A stretch of 64,000 nucleotides of DNA, taken from NCBI GenBank assembly GCA_964057225.1, contig OZ059895.1:23498001-23562000 (forward strand). Direction: 5' to 3'. Source of the DNA: Auanema rhodensis (Eukaryota; Animalia; Nematoda). Both the position numbers and the translations under genes were made by a program. Shown here piece after piece: positions 25,901-38,200 of this stretch; position 1 is the first letter of the stretch; every line of letters begins with the position of its first letter. The notes beneath the pieces were generated by a model. That model was not told the DNA's origin. It saw nothing but the letters and a program-made list of their open reading frames with translations, and ran no database searches.

Positions 25901-28900
25901 CTAATGCATCATTTTTCAAACGATCATAACTAATTTTTGTATCAAGCGTTTCTCAATGTAGTTTAGTGCATTCGATGCGGATGTTTAAGCTGCGTCGATC
26001 TGTGTTATCAGATTTGCGCTAGCTTAAAAATGCACCGAGATATCAACTGATATAAGTTCACACTTATATCCTCGATTTTCACCCTGAAGGAATAATTTTT
26101 TCGTTGTATAACATTGTCCATCGTCTTTGCCTTGAAAAATGGAATCTAAAAACATCTACTTTTTGCTAAATTATTTTGAAATTTTTCGAAAAAATTTTTG
26201 TCAAAATGTTTTTGGAAGCATTGTTGAGTGTACATGGAAACTCAACATACACTAATGCATCATTTTTCAAACGATCATAACTAATTTTTGTATTAAGCGT
26301 TTCTCAATGTAGTATAGTGCATTCGATGCGGATTTTTAAGCTGCGTCGATCTGTGTTATCAGATTTGCGCTAGCTTAAAAATGCACCGAGATATCAACTG
26401 ATATAAGTTCACACTTATATCCTCGATTTTCACCCTGAAGAATTAATTTTTTCGTTGAATAACATTGTCCATCGTCTTTGCCATGAAAAAAGGAATCTAA
26501 AAACATCTACTTTTTGCTAAATTATATTGAAATTTTTCGAAAAAATTTTTGTCAAAATGTTTTTGGAAGCATTGTTGAGTGTACATGGAAACTCAACATA
26601 CACTAATGCATCATTTTTCAAACGATCATAACTAATTTTTGTATTAAGCGTTTCTCAATGTAGTATAGTGCATTCGATGCGGATTTTTAAGCTGCGTCGA
26701 TCTGTGTTATCAGATTTGCGCTAGCTTAAAAATGCACCGCGATATCAACTGATATAAGTTCACACTTATATCCTCGATTTTCACCCTGAAGGAATAATTT
26801 TTTCGTTGAATAACATTGTCCATCGTCTTTGCCTTGAAAAATGGAATCTAAAAACATCTACTTTTTGCTAAATTATTTTGAAATTTTTCGAAAAAATTTT
26901 TGTCAAAATGTTTTTGGAAGCATTGTTGAGTGTACATGGAAACTCAACATACACTAATGCATCATTTTTCAAACGATCATAACTAATTTTTGTATTAAGC
27001 GTTTCTCAATGTAGTATAGTGCATTCGATGCGGATTTTTAAGCTGCGTCGATCTGTGTTATCAGATTTGCGCTAGCTTAAAAATGCACCGAGATATCAAC
27101 TGATATAAGTTCACACTTATATCCTCGATTTTCACCCTGAAGAATTAAATTTTTCGTTGAATAACATTGTCCATCGTCTTTGCCATGAAAAAAGGAATCT
27201 AAAAACATCTACTTTTTGCTAAATTATTTTGAAATTTTTCCAAAAAATTTTTGTCAAAATGTTTTTGGAAGCATTGTTGAGTGTACATGGAAACTCAACA
27301 TACACTAATGCATCATTTTTCAAACGATCATAACTAATTTTTGTATTAAGCGTTTCTCAATGTAGTTTAGTGCATTCGATGCGGATTTTTAAGCTGCGTC
27401 GATCTGTGTTATCAGATTTGCGCTAGCTTAAAAATGCACCGAGATATCAACTGATATAAGTTCACACTTATATCCTCGATTTTCACCCTGAAGGAATAAT
27501 TTTTTCGTTGTATAACATTGTCCATCGTCTTTGCCTTGAAAAATGGAATCTAAAAACATCTACTTTTTGCTAAATTATTTTGAAATTTTTCGAAAAAATT
27601 TTTGTCAAAATGTTTTTGGAAGCATTGTTGAGTGTACATGGAAACTCAACATACACTAATGCATCATTTTTCAAACGATCATAACTAATTTTTGTATTAA
27701 GCGTTTCTCAATGTAGTATAGTGCATTCGATGCGGATTTTTAAGCTGCGTCGATCTGTGTTATCAGATTTGCGCTAGCTTAAAAATGCACCGAGATATCA
27801 ACTGATATAAGTTCACACTTATATCCTCGATTTTCACCCTGAAGGAATAATTTTTTCGTTGAATAACATTGTCCATCGTCTTTGCCTTGAAAAAAGGAAT
27901 CTAAAAACATCTACTTTTTGCTAAATTATTCTGAAATTTTTCGAAAAAATTTTTGTCAAAATGTTTTTGGAAGCAATGTTGAGTGTACATGGAAACTCAA
28001 CATACACTAATGCATCATTTTTCAAACGATCATAACTAATTTTTGTATTAAGCGTTTCTCAATGTAGTATAGTGCATTCGATGCGGATTTTTAAGCTGCG
28101 TCGATCTGTGTTATCAGATTTGCGCTAGCTTAAAAATGCACCGAGATATCAACTGATATAAGTTCACACTTATATCCTCGATTTTCACCCTGAAGGAATA
28201 ATTTTTTCGTTGAATAACATTGTCCATCGTCTTTGCCTTGAAAAAAGGAATCTAAAAACATCTACTTTTTGCTAAATTATTTTGAAATTTTTCGAAAAAA
28301 TTTTTGTCAAAATGTTTTTGGAAGCAATGTTGAGTGTACATGGAAACTCAACATACACTAATGCATCATTTTTCAAACGATCATAACTAATTTTTGTATC
28401 AAGCGTTTCTCAATGTAGTTTAGTGCATTCGATGCGGATTTTTAAGCTGCGTCGATCTGTGTTATCAGATTTGCGCTAGCTTAAAAATGCACCGAGATAT
28501 CAACTGATATAAGTTCACACTTATATCCTCGATTTTCACCCTGAAGGAATAATTTTTTCGTTGTATAACATTGTCCATCGTCTTTGCCTGGAAAAATGGA
28601 ATCTAAAAACATCTACTTTTTGCTAAATTATTTTGAAATTTTTCGAAAAAATTTTTGTCAAAATGTTTTTGGAAGCATTGTTGAGTGTACATGGAAACTC
28701 AACATACACTAATGCATCATTTTTCAAACGATCATAACTAATTTTTGTATTAAGCGTTTCTCAATGTAGTATAGTGCATTCGATGCGGATTTTTAAGCTG
28801 CGTCGATCTGTGTTATCAGATTTGCGCTAGCTTAAAAATGCACCGAGATATCAACTGATATAAGTTTACACTTATATCCTCGATTTTCACCCTGAAGGAA

Positions 28901-29986
28901 TAATTTTTTCGTTGAATAACATTGTCCATCGTCTTTGCCTTGAAAAAAGGAATCTAAAAACATCTACTTTTTGCTAAATTATTTTGAAATTTTTCGAAAA
29001 AATTTTTGTCAAAATGTTTTTGGAAGCATTGTTGAGTGTACATGGAAACTCAACATACACTAATGCATCATTTTTCAAACGATTATAACTAATTTTTGTA
29101 ATAAGCGTTTCTCAATGTAGTATAGTGCATTCGATGCGGATTTTTAAGCTGCGTCGATCTGTGTTATCAGATTTGCGCTAGCTTAAAAATGCACCGAGAT
29201 ATCAACTGATATAAGTTCACACTTATATCCTCGATTTTCACCCTGAAGAATTAATTTTTTCGTTGAATAACATTGTCCATCGTCTTTGCCATGAAAAAAG
29301 GAATCTAAAAACATCTACTTTTTGCTAAATTATATTGAAATTTTTCGAAAAAATTTTTGTCAAAATGTTTTTGGAAGCATTGTTGAGTGTACATGGAAAC
29401 TCAACATACACTATTGCATCATTTTTCAAACGATCATAACTAATTTTTGTATTAAGCGTTTCTCCATGTAGTATAGTGCATTCGATGCGGATTTTTAAGC
29501 TGCGTCGATCTGTGTTATCAGATTTGCGCTAGCTTAAAAATGCACCGAGATATCAACTGATATAAGTTCACACTTATATCCTCGATTTTCACCCTGAAGA
29601 ATTAATTTTTTCGTTGAATAACATTGTCCATCGTCTTTGCCTTGAAAAAAGGAATCTAAAAACATCTACTTTTTGCTAAATTATTTTGAAATTTTTCGAA
29701 AAAATTTTTGTCAAAATGTTTTTGGAAGCATTGTTGAGTGTACATGGAAACTCAACATACACTAATGCATCATTTTTCAAACGATCATAACTAATTTTTG
29801 TATTAAGCGTTTCTCAATGTAGTATAGTGCATTCGATGCGGATTTTTAAGCTGCGTCGATCTGTGTTATCAGATTTGCGCTAGCTTAAAAATGCACCGAG
29901 ATATCAACTGATATAAGTTCACACTTATATCCTCGATTTTCACCCTGAAGAATTAAATTTTTCGTTGAATAACATTGTCCATCGTC

Positions 29987-32443
29987 TTTGCCATGAAAAA
30001 AGGAATCTAAAAACATCTACTTTTTGCTAAATTATTTTGAAATTTTTCCAAAAAATTTTTGTCAAAATGTTTTTGGAAGCATTGTTGAGTGTACATGGAA
30101 ACTCAACATACACTAATGCATCATTTTTCAAACGATCATAACTAATTTTTGTATTAAGCGTTTCTCAATGTAGTATAGTGCATTCGATGCGGATTTTTAA
30201 GCTGCGTCGATCTGTGTTATCAGATTTGCGCTAGCTTAAAAATGCACCGCGATATCAACTGATATAAGTTCACACTTATATCCTCGATTTTCACCCTGAA
30301 GGAATAATTTTTTCGTTGAATTACATTGTCCATCGTCTTTGCCTTGAAAAATGGAATCTAAAAACATCTACTTTTTGCTAAATTATTTTGAAATTTTTCG
30401 AAAAAATTTTTGTCAAAATGTTTTTGGAAGCAATGTTGAGTGTACATGGAAACTCAATATACACTAATGCATCATTTTTCAAACGATCATAACTAATTTT
30501 TGTATCAAGCGTTTCTCAATGTAGTTTAGTGCATTCGATGCGGATTTTTAAGCTGCGTCGATCTGTGTTATCAGATTTGCGCTAGCTTAAAAATGCACCG
30601 AGATATCAACTGATATAAGTTCACACTTATATCCTTGATTTTCACCCTGAAGAATTAATTTTTTCGTTGAATAACATTGTCCATCGTCTTTGCCTTGAAA
30701 AATGGAATCTAAAAACATCTACTTTTTGCTAAATTATTCTGAAATGTTTCGAAAAAATTTTTGTCAAAATGTTTTTGGAAGCAATGTTGAGTGTACATGG
30801 AAACTCAACATACACTAATGCATCATTTTTCAAACGATCATAACTAATTTTTGTATCAAGCGTTTCTCAATGTAGTTTAGTGCATTCGATGCGGATTTTT
30901 AAGCTGCGTCGATCTGTGTTATCAGATTTGCGCTAGCTTAAAAATGCACCGCGATATCAACTGATATAAGTTCACACTTATATCCTCGATTTTCACCCTG
31001 AAGGAATAATTTTTTTGTTGAATTACATTGTCCATCGTCTTTGCCTTGAAAAATGGAATCTAAAAACATCTACTTTTTGCTAAATTATTTTGAAATTTTT
31101 CGAAAAAATTTTTGTCAAAATGTTTTTGGAAGCATTGTGGAGTGTACATGGAAACTCAACATACACTAATGCATCATTTTTCAAACGATCATAACTAATT
31201 TTTGTATCAAGCGTTTCTCAATGTAGTTTAGTGCATTCGATGCGGATTTTTAAGCTGCGTCGATCTGTGTTATCAGATTTGCGCTAGCTTAAAAATGCAC
31301 CGAGATATCAACTGATATAAGTTCACACTTATATCCTCGATTTTCACCCTGAAGGAATAATTTTTTCGTTGAATAACATTGTCCATCGTCTTTGCCTGGA
31401 AAAAAGGAATCTAAAAACATCTACTTTTTGCTAAATTATTTTGAAATTTTTCCAAAAAATTTTTGTCAAAATGTTTTTGGAAGCATTGTTGAGTGTACAT
31501 GGAAACTCAACATACACTAATGCATCATTTTTCAAACGATCATAACTAATTTTTGTATTAAGCGTTTCTCAATGTAGTATAGTGCATTCGATGCGGATTT
31601 TTAAGCTGCGTCGATCTGTGTTATCAGATTTGCGCTAGCTTAAAAATGCACCGCGATATCAACTGATATAAGTTCACACTTATATCCTCGATTTTCACCC
31701 TGAAGGAATAATTTTTTCGTTGAATTACATTGTCCATCGTCTTTGCCTTGAAAAATGGAATCTAAAAACATCTACTTTTTGCTAAATTATTTTGAAATTT
31801 TTCGAAAAAATTTTTGTCAAAATGTTTTTGGAAGCAATGTTGAGTGTACATGGAAACTCAATATACACTAATGCATCATTTTTCAAACGATCATAACTAA
31901 TTTTTGTATCAAGCGTTTCTCAATGTAGTTTAGTGCATTCGATGCGGATTTTTAAGCTGCGTCGATCTGTGTTATCAGATTTGCGCTAGCTTAAAAATGC
32001 ACCGAGATATCAACTGATATAAGTTCACACTTATATCCTTGATTTTCACCCTGAAGAATTAATTTTTTCGTTGAATAACATTGTCCATCGTCTTTGCCTT
32101 GAAAAATGGAATCTAAAAACATCTACTTTTTGCTAAATTATTCTGAAATGTTTCGAAAAAATTTTTGTCAAAATGTTTTTGGAAGCAATGTTGAGTGTAC
32201 ATGGAAACTCAACATACACTAATGCATCATTTTTCAAACGATCATAACTAATTTTTGTATCAAGCGTTTCTCAATGTAGTTTAGTGCATTCGATGCGGAT
32301 TTTTAAGCTGCGTCGATCTGTGTTATCAGATTTGCGCTAGCTTAAAAATGCACCGAGATATCAACTGATATAAGTTCACACTTATATCCTCGATTTTCAC
32401 CCTGAAGGAATAATTTTTTCGTTGAATAACATTGTCCATCGTC
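29987..32443 (+). repeat. Duplication at 4-monomer spacing within domain B
   Basis: Matching monomer pairs: TTCCAAAA+CCGCGA+GAATTAC at 29987 and 31391; CAATAT+CCTTGATT at 30338 and 31742; TCTGAAATG at 30689 and 32093. Confidence 0.85.
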
Positions 32444-35254
32444 TTTGCCTTGAAAAATGGAATCTAAAAACATCTACTTTTTGCTAAATTATTTTGAAAT
32501 TTTTCGAAAAAATTTTTGTCAAAATGTTTTTGGAAGCATTGTTGAGTGTACATGGAAACTCAACATACACTAATGCATCATTTTTCAAGGGATCATAACT
32601 AATTTTTGTATTAAGCGTTTCTCAATGTAGTATAGTGCATTCGATGCGGATTTTTAAGCTACGTCGATCTGTGTTATCAGATTTGCGCTAGTTTAAAAAT
32701 GCACCGAGATATCAACTGATATAAGTTCACACTTATATCCTCGATTTTCACCCTGAAGAATTAATTTTTTCGTTGAATAACATTGTCCATCGTCTTTGCC
32801 ATGAAAAAAGGAATCTAAAAACATCTACTTTTTGCTAAATTATTTTGAAATTTTTCGAAAAAATTTTTGTCAAAATGTTTTTGGAAGCATTGTTGAGTGT
32901 ACATGGAAACTCAACATACACTAATGCATCATTTTTCAAACGATCATAACTTATTTTTGTATTAAGCGTTTCTCAATGTAGTATAGTGCATTCGATTCGG
33001 ATTTTTAAGCTGCGTCGATCTGTGTTATCAGATTTGCGCTAGCTTAAAAATGCACCGCGATATCAACTGATATAAGTTCACACTTATATCCTCGATTTTC
33101 ACCCTGAAGGAATAATTTTTTCGTTGAATAACATTGTCCATCGTCTTTGCCTTGAAAAATGGAATCTAAAAACATCTACTTTTTGCTAAATTATTTTGAA
33201 ATTTTTCGAAAAAATTTTTGTCAAAATGTTTTTGGAAGCATTGTTGAGTGTACATGGAAACTCAACATACACTAATGCATCATTTTTCAAACGATCATAA
33301 CTTATTTTTGTATTAAGCGTTTCTCAATGTAGTATAGTGCATTCGATTCGGATTTTTAAGCTGCGTCGATCTGTGTTATCAGATTTGCGCTAGCTTAAAA
33401 ATGCACCGCGATATCAACTGATATAAGTTCACACTTATATCCTCGATTTTCACCCTGAAGAATTAATTTTTTCGTTGAATAACATTGTCCATCGTCTTTG
33501 CCTTGAAAAAAGGAATCTAAAAACATCTACTTTTTGCTAAATTATTTTGAAATTTTTCGAAAAAATTTTTGTCAAAATGTTTTTGGAAGCATTGTTGAGT
33601 GTACATGGAAACTCAACATACACTAATGCATCATTTTTCAAACGATCATAACTTATTTTTGTATTAAGCGTTTCTCAATGTAGTATAGTGCATTCGATTC
33701 GGATTTTTAAGCTGCGTCGATCTGTGTTATCAGATTTGCGCTAGCTTAAAAATGCACCGAGATATCAACTGATATAAGTTCACACTTATATCCTCGATTT
33801 TCACCCTGAAGAATTAATTTTTTCGTTGAATAACATTGTCCATCGTCTTTGCCTTGAAAAAAGGAATCTAAAAACATCTACTTTTTGCTAAATTATTTTG
33901 AAATTTTTCGAAAAAATTTTTGTCAAAATGTTTTTGGAAGCAATGTTGAGTGTACATGGAAACTCAACATACACTAATGCATCATTTTTCAAACGATCAT
34001 AACTAATTTTTGTATTAAGCGTTTCTCAATGTAGTATAGTGCATTCGATGCGGATTTTTAAGCTGCGTCGATCTGTGTTATCAGATTTGCGCTAGCTTAA
34101 AAATGCACCGAGATATCAACTGATATATGTTCACACTTATATCCTCGATTTTCACCCTGAAGAATTAATTTTTTCGTTGAATAACAATGTCCATCGTCTT
34201 TGCCTTGAAAAAAGGAATCTAAAAACATCTACTTTTTGCTAAATTATTTCGAAATTTTTCGAAAAAATTTTTGTCAAAATGTTTTTGGAAGCAATGTTGA
34301 GTGTACATGGAAACTCAACATACACTAATGCATCATTTTTCAAACGATCATAACTAATTTTTGTATTAAGCGTTTCTCCATGTAGTATAGTGCATTCGAT
34401 GCGGATTTTTAAGCTGCGTCGATCTGTGTTATCAGATTTGCGCTAGCTTAAAAATGCACCGAGATATCAACTGATATAAGTTCACACTTATATCCTCGAT
34501 TTTCACCCTGAAGAATTAATTTTTTCGTTGAATAACATTGTCCATCGTCTTTGCTTTGAAAAAAGGAATCTAAAAACATCTACTTTTTGCTAAATTATTT
34601 TGAAATTTTTCGAAAAAATTTTTGTCAAAATGTTTTTGGAAGCAATGTTGAGTGTACATGGAAACTCAACATACACTAATGCATCATTTTTCAAACGATC
34701 ATAACTAATTTTTGTATTAAGCGTTTCTCAATGTAGTATAGTGCATTCGATGCGGATTTTTAAGCTGCGTCGATCTGTGTTATCAGATTTGCGCTAGCTT
34801 AAAAATGCACCGAGATATCAACTGATATATGTTCACACTTATATCCTCGATTTTCACCCTGAAGAATTAATTTTTTCGTTGAATAACAATGTCCATCGTC
34901 TTTGCCTTGAAAAAAGGAATCTAAAAACATCTACTTTTTGCTAAATTATTTCGAAATTTTTCGAAAAAATTTTTGTCAAAATGTTTTTGGAAGCAATGTT
35001 GAGTGTACATGGAAACTCAACATACACTAATGCATCATTTTTCAAACGATCATAACTAATTTTTGTATTAAGCGTTTCTCCATGTAGTATAGTGCATTCG
35101 ATGCGGATTTTTAAGCTGCGTCGATCTGTGTTATCAGATTTGCGCTAGCTTAAAAATGCACCGAGATATCAACTGATATAAGTTCACACTTATATCCTCG
35201 ATTTTCACCCTGAAGAATTAATTTTTTCGTTGAATAACATTGTCCATCGTCTTT

Positions 35255-35295
35255 GCCTGGAAAAAAGGAATCTAAAAACATCTACTTTTTGTTTG
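35255..35295. other. Orientation-switch (inversion) junction; 41-bp spacer between inverted arms, ending in a 4-bp TTTG filler
   Basis: The forward monomer starting at 35252 stops at monomer position 40 (35291). TTTG (35292-35295) follows, then the reverse arm begins at monomer position 3 (35296). Base 35254 pairs with 35296. Confidence 0.95.
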
Positions 35296-38200
35296 AAAGA
35301 CGATGGACATTGTTATTCAACGAAAAAATTAATTCTTCAGGGTGAAAATCGAGGATATAAGTGTGAACTTATATCAGTTGATATCTCGGTGCATTTTTAA
35401 GCTAGCGCAAATCTGATAACACAGATCGACGCAGCTTAAAAATCCGCATCGAATGCACTATACTACATGGAGAAACGCTTAATACAAAAATTAGTTATGA
35501 TCGTTTGAAAAATGATGCATTAGTGTATGTTGAGTTTCCATGTACACTCAACATTGCTTCCAAAAACATTTTGACAAAAATTTTTTCGAAAAATTTCGAA
35601 ATAATTTAGCAAAAAGTAGATGTTTTTAGATTCCTTTTTTCAAGGCAAAGACGATGGACATTGTTATTCAACGAAAAAATTAATTCTTCAGGGTGAAAAT
35701 CGAGGATATAAGTGTGAACATATATCAGTTGATATCTCGGTGCATTTTTAAGCTAGCGCAAATCTGATAACACAGATCGACGCAGCTTAAAAATCCGCAT
35801 CGAATGCACTATACTACATTGAGAAACGCTTAATACAAAAATTAGTTATGATCGTTTGAAAAATGATGCATTAGTGTATGTTGAGTTTCCATGTACACTC
35901 AACATTGCTTCCAAAAACATTGACAAAAATTTTTTCGAAAAATTTCAAAATAATTTAGCAAAAAGTAGATGTTTTTAGATTCCTTTTTTCAAGGCAAAGA
36001 CGATGGACAATGTTATTCAACGAAAAAATTAATTCTTCAGGGTGAAAATCGAGGATATAAGTGTAAACTTATATCAGTTGATATCTCGGTGCATTTTTAA
36101 GCTAGCGCAAATCTGATAACACAGATCGACGCAGCTTAAAAATCTGCATCGAATGCACTATACTACATTGAGAAACGCTTAATACAAAAATTAGTTATGA
36201 TCGTTTGAAAAATGATGCATTAGTGTATGTTGAGTTTCCATGTACACTCAACATTGCTTCCAAAAACATTTTGACAAAAATTTTTTCGAAAAATTTCAAA
36301 ATAATTTAGCAAAAAGTAGATGTTTTTAGATTCCTTTTTTCAAGGCAAAGACGATGGACAATGTTATTCAACGAAAAAATCAATTCTTCAGGGTGAAAAT
36401 CGAGGATATAAGTGTGAACTTATATCAGTTGATATCTCGGTGCATTTTTAAGCTAGCGCAAATCTGATAACACAGATCGACGCAGCTTAAAAATCTGCAT
36501 CGAATGCACTATACTACATTGAGAAACGCTTAATACAAAAATTAGTTATGATCGTTTGAAAAATGATGCATTAGTGTATGTTGAGTTTCCATGTACACTC
36601 AACATTGCTTCCAAAAACATTTTGACAAAAATTTTTTCGAAAAATTTCAAAATAATTTAGCAAAAAGTAGATGTTTTTAGATTCCTTTTTTCAAGGCAAA
36701 GACGATGGACAATGTTATTCAACGAAAAAATTAATTCTTCAGGGTGAAAATCGAGGATATAAGTGTGAACTTATATCAGTTGATATCTCGGTGCATTTTT
36801 AAGCTAGCGCAAATCTGATAACACAGATCGACGCAGCTTAAAAATCTGCATCGAATGCACTATACTACATTGAGAAACGCTTAATACAAAAATTAGTTAT
36901 GATCGTTTGAAAAATGATGCATTAGTGTATGTTGAGTTTCCATGTACACTCAACATTGCTTCCAAAAACATTTTGACAAAAATTTTTTCGAAAAATTTCA
37001 AAATAATTTAGCAAAAAGTAGATGTTTTTAGATTCCTTTTTTCAAGGCAAAGACGATGGACAATGTTATTCAACGAAAAAATTAATTCTTCAGGGTGAAA
37101 ATCGAGGATATAAGTGTGAACTTATATCAGTTGATATCTCGGTGCATTTTTAAGCTAGCGCAAATCTGATAACACAGATCGACGCAGCTTAAAAATCCGC
37201 ATCGAATGCACTATACTACATGGAGAAACGCTTAATACAAAAATTAGTTATGATCGTTTGAAAAATGATGCATTAGTGTATGTTGAGTTTCCATGTACAC
37301 TCAACATTGCTTCCAAAAACATTTTGACAAAAATTTTTTCGAAAAATTTCAAAATAATTTAGCAAAAAGTAGATGTTTTTAGATTCCTTTTTTCAAGGCA
37401 AAGACGATGGACAATGTTATTCAACGAAAAAATTAATTCTTCAGGGTGAAAATCGAGGATATAAGTGTGAACTTATATCAGTTGATATCTCGGTGCATTT
37501 TTAAGCTAGCGCAAATCTGATAACACAGATCGACGCAGCTTAAAAATCTGCATCGAATGCACTATACTACATTGAGAAACGCTTAATACAAAAATTAGTT
37601 ATGATCGTTTGAAAAATGATGCATTAGTGTATGTTGAGTTTCCATGTACACTCAACATTGCTTCCAAAAACATTTTGACAAAAATTTTTTCGAAAAATTT
37701 CAAAATAATTTAGCAAAAAGTAGATGTTTTTAGATTCCTTTTTTCAAGGCAAAGACGATGGACAATGTTATTCAACGAAAAAATTAATTCTTCAGGGTGA
37801 AAATCGAGGATATAAGTGTGAACTTATATCAGTTGATATCTCGGTGCATTTTTAAGCTAGCGCAAATCTGATAACACAGATCGACGCAGCTTAAAAATCC
37901 GCATCGAATGCACTATACTACATGGAAAAACGCTTAATACAAAAATTAGTTATGATCGTTTGAAAAATGATGCATTAGTGTATGTTGAGTTTCCATGTAC
38001 ACTCAACATTGCTTCCAAAAACATTTTGACAAAAATTTTTTCGAAAAATTTCAAAATAATTTAGCAAAAAGTAGATGTTTTTAGATTCCTTTTTTCAAGG
38101 CAAAGACGATGGACAATGTTATTCAACGAAAAAATTAATTCTTCAGGGTGAAAATCGAGGATATAAGTGTGAACTTATATCAGTTGATATCTCGGTGCAT

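Larger units (their letters stand above)
17702..33847 (+). repeat. Satellite subfamily domain B (46 monomers)
   Basis: Marked by GAAGGAATAAT (vs GAAGAATTAAT) and GCATTGTTG, plus TATCAAG, GTTTAG, AAAATGG and CCGCGA. It nearly lacks the CTCCATG, AACAATG, TATATG and GCAG variants common elsewhere. Confidence 0.9.
1..35291 (+). repeat. 351-bp tandem satellite array, forward arm (~101 monomers)
   Basis: TTTGCCTTGAAAAAAGG recurs at 1, 352, 703 ... 3511, 4213 (period 351). After two 100-bp deletions the phase is 4815+351k and then 17000+351k, up to 35252. Monomers usually differ by only a few substitutions. No unique sequence interrupts the arm. Confidence 0.99.
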
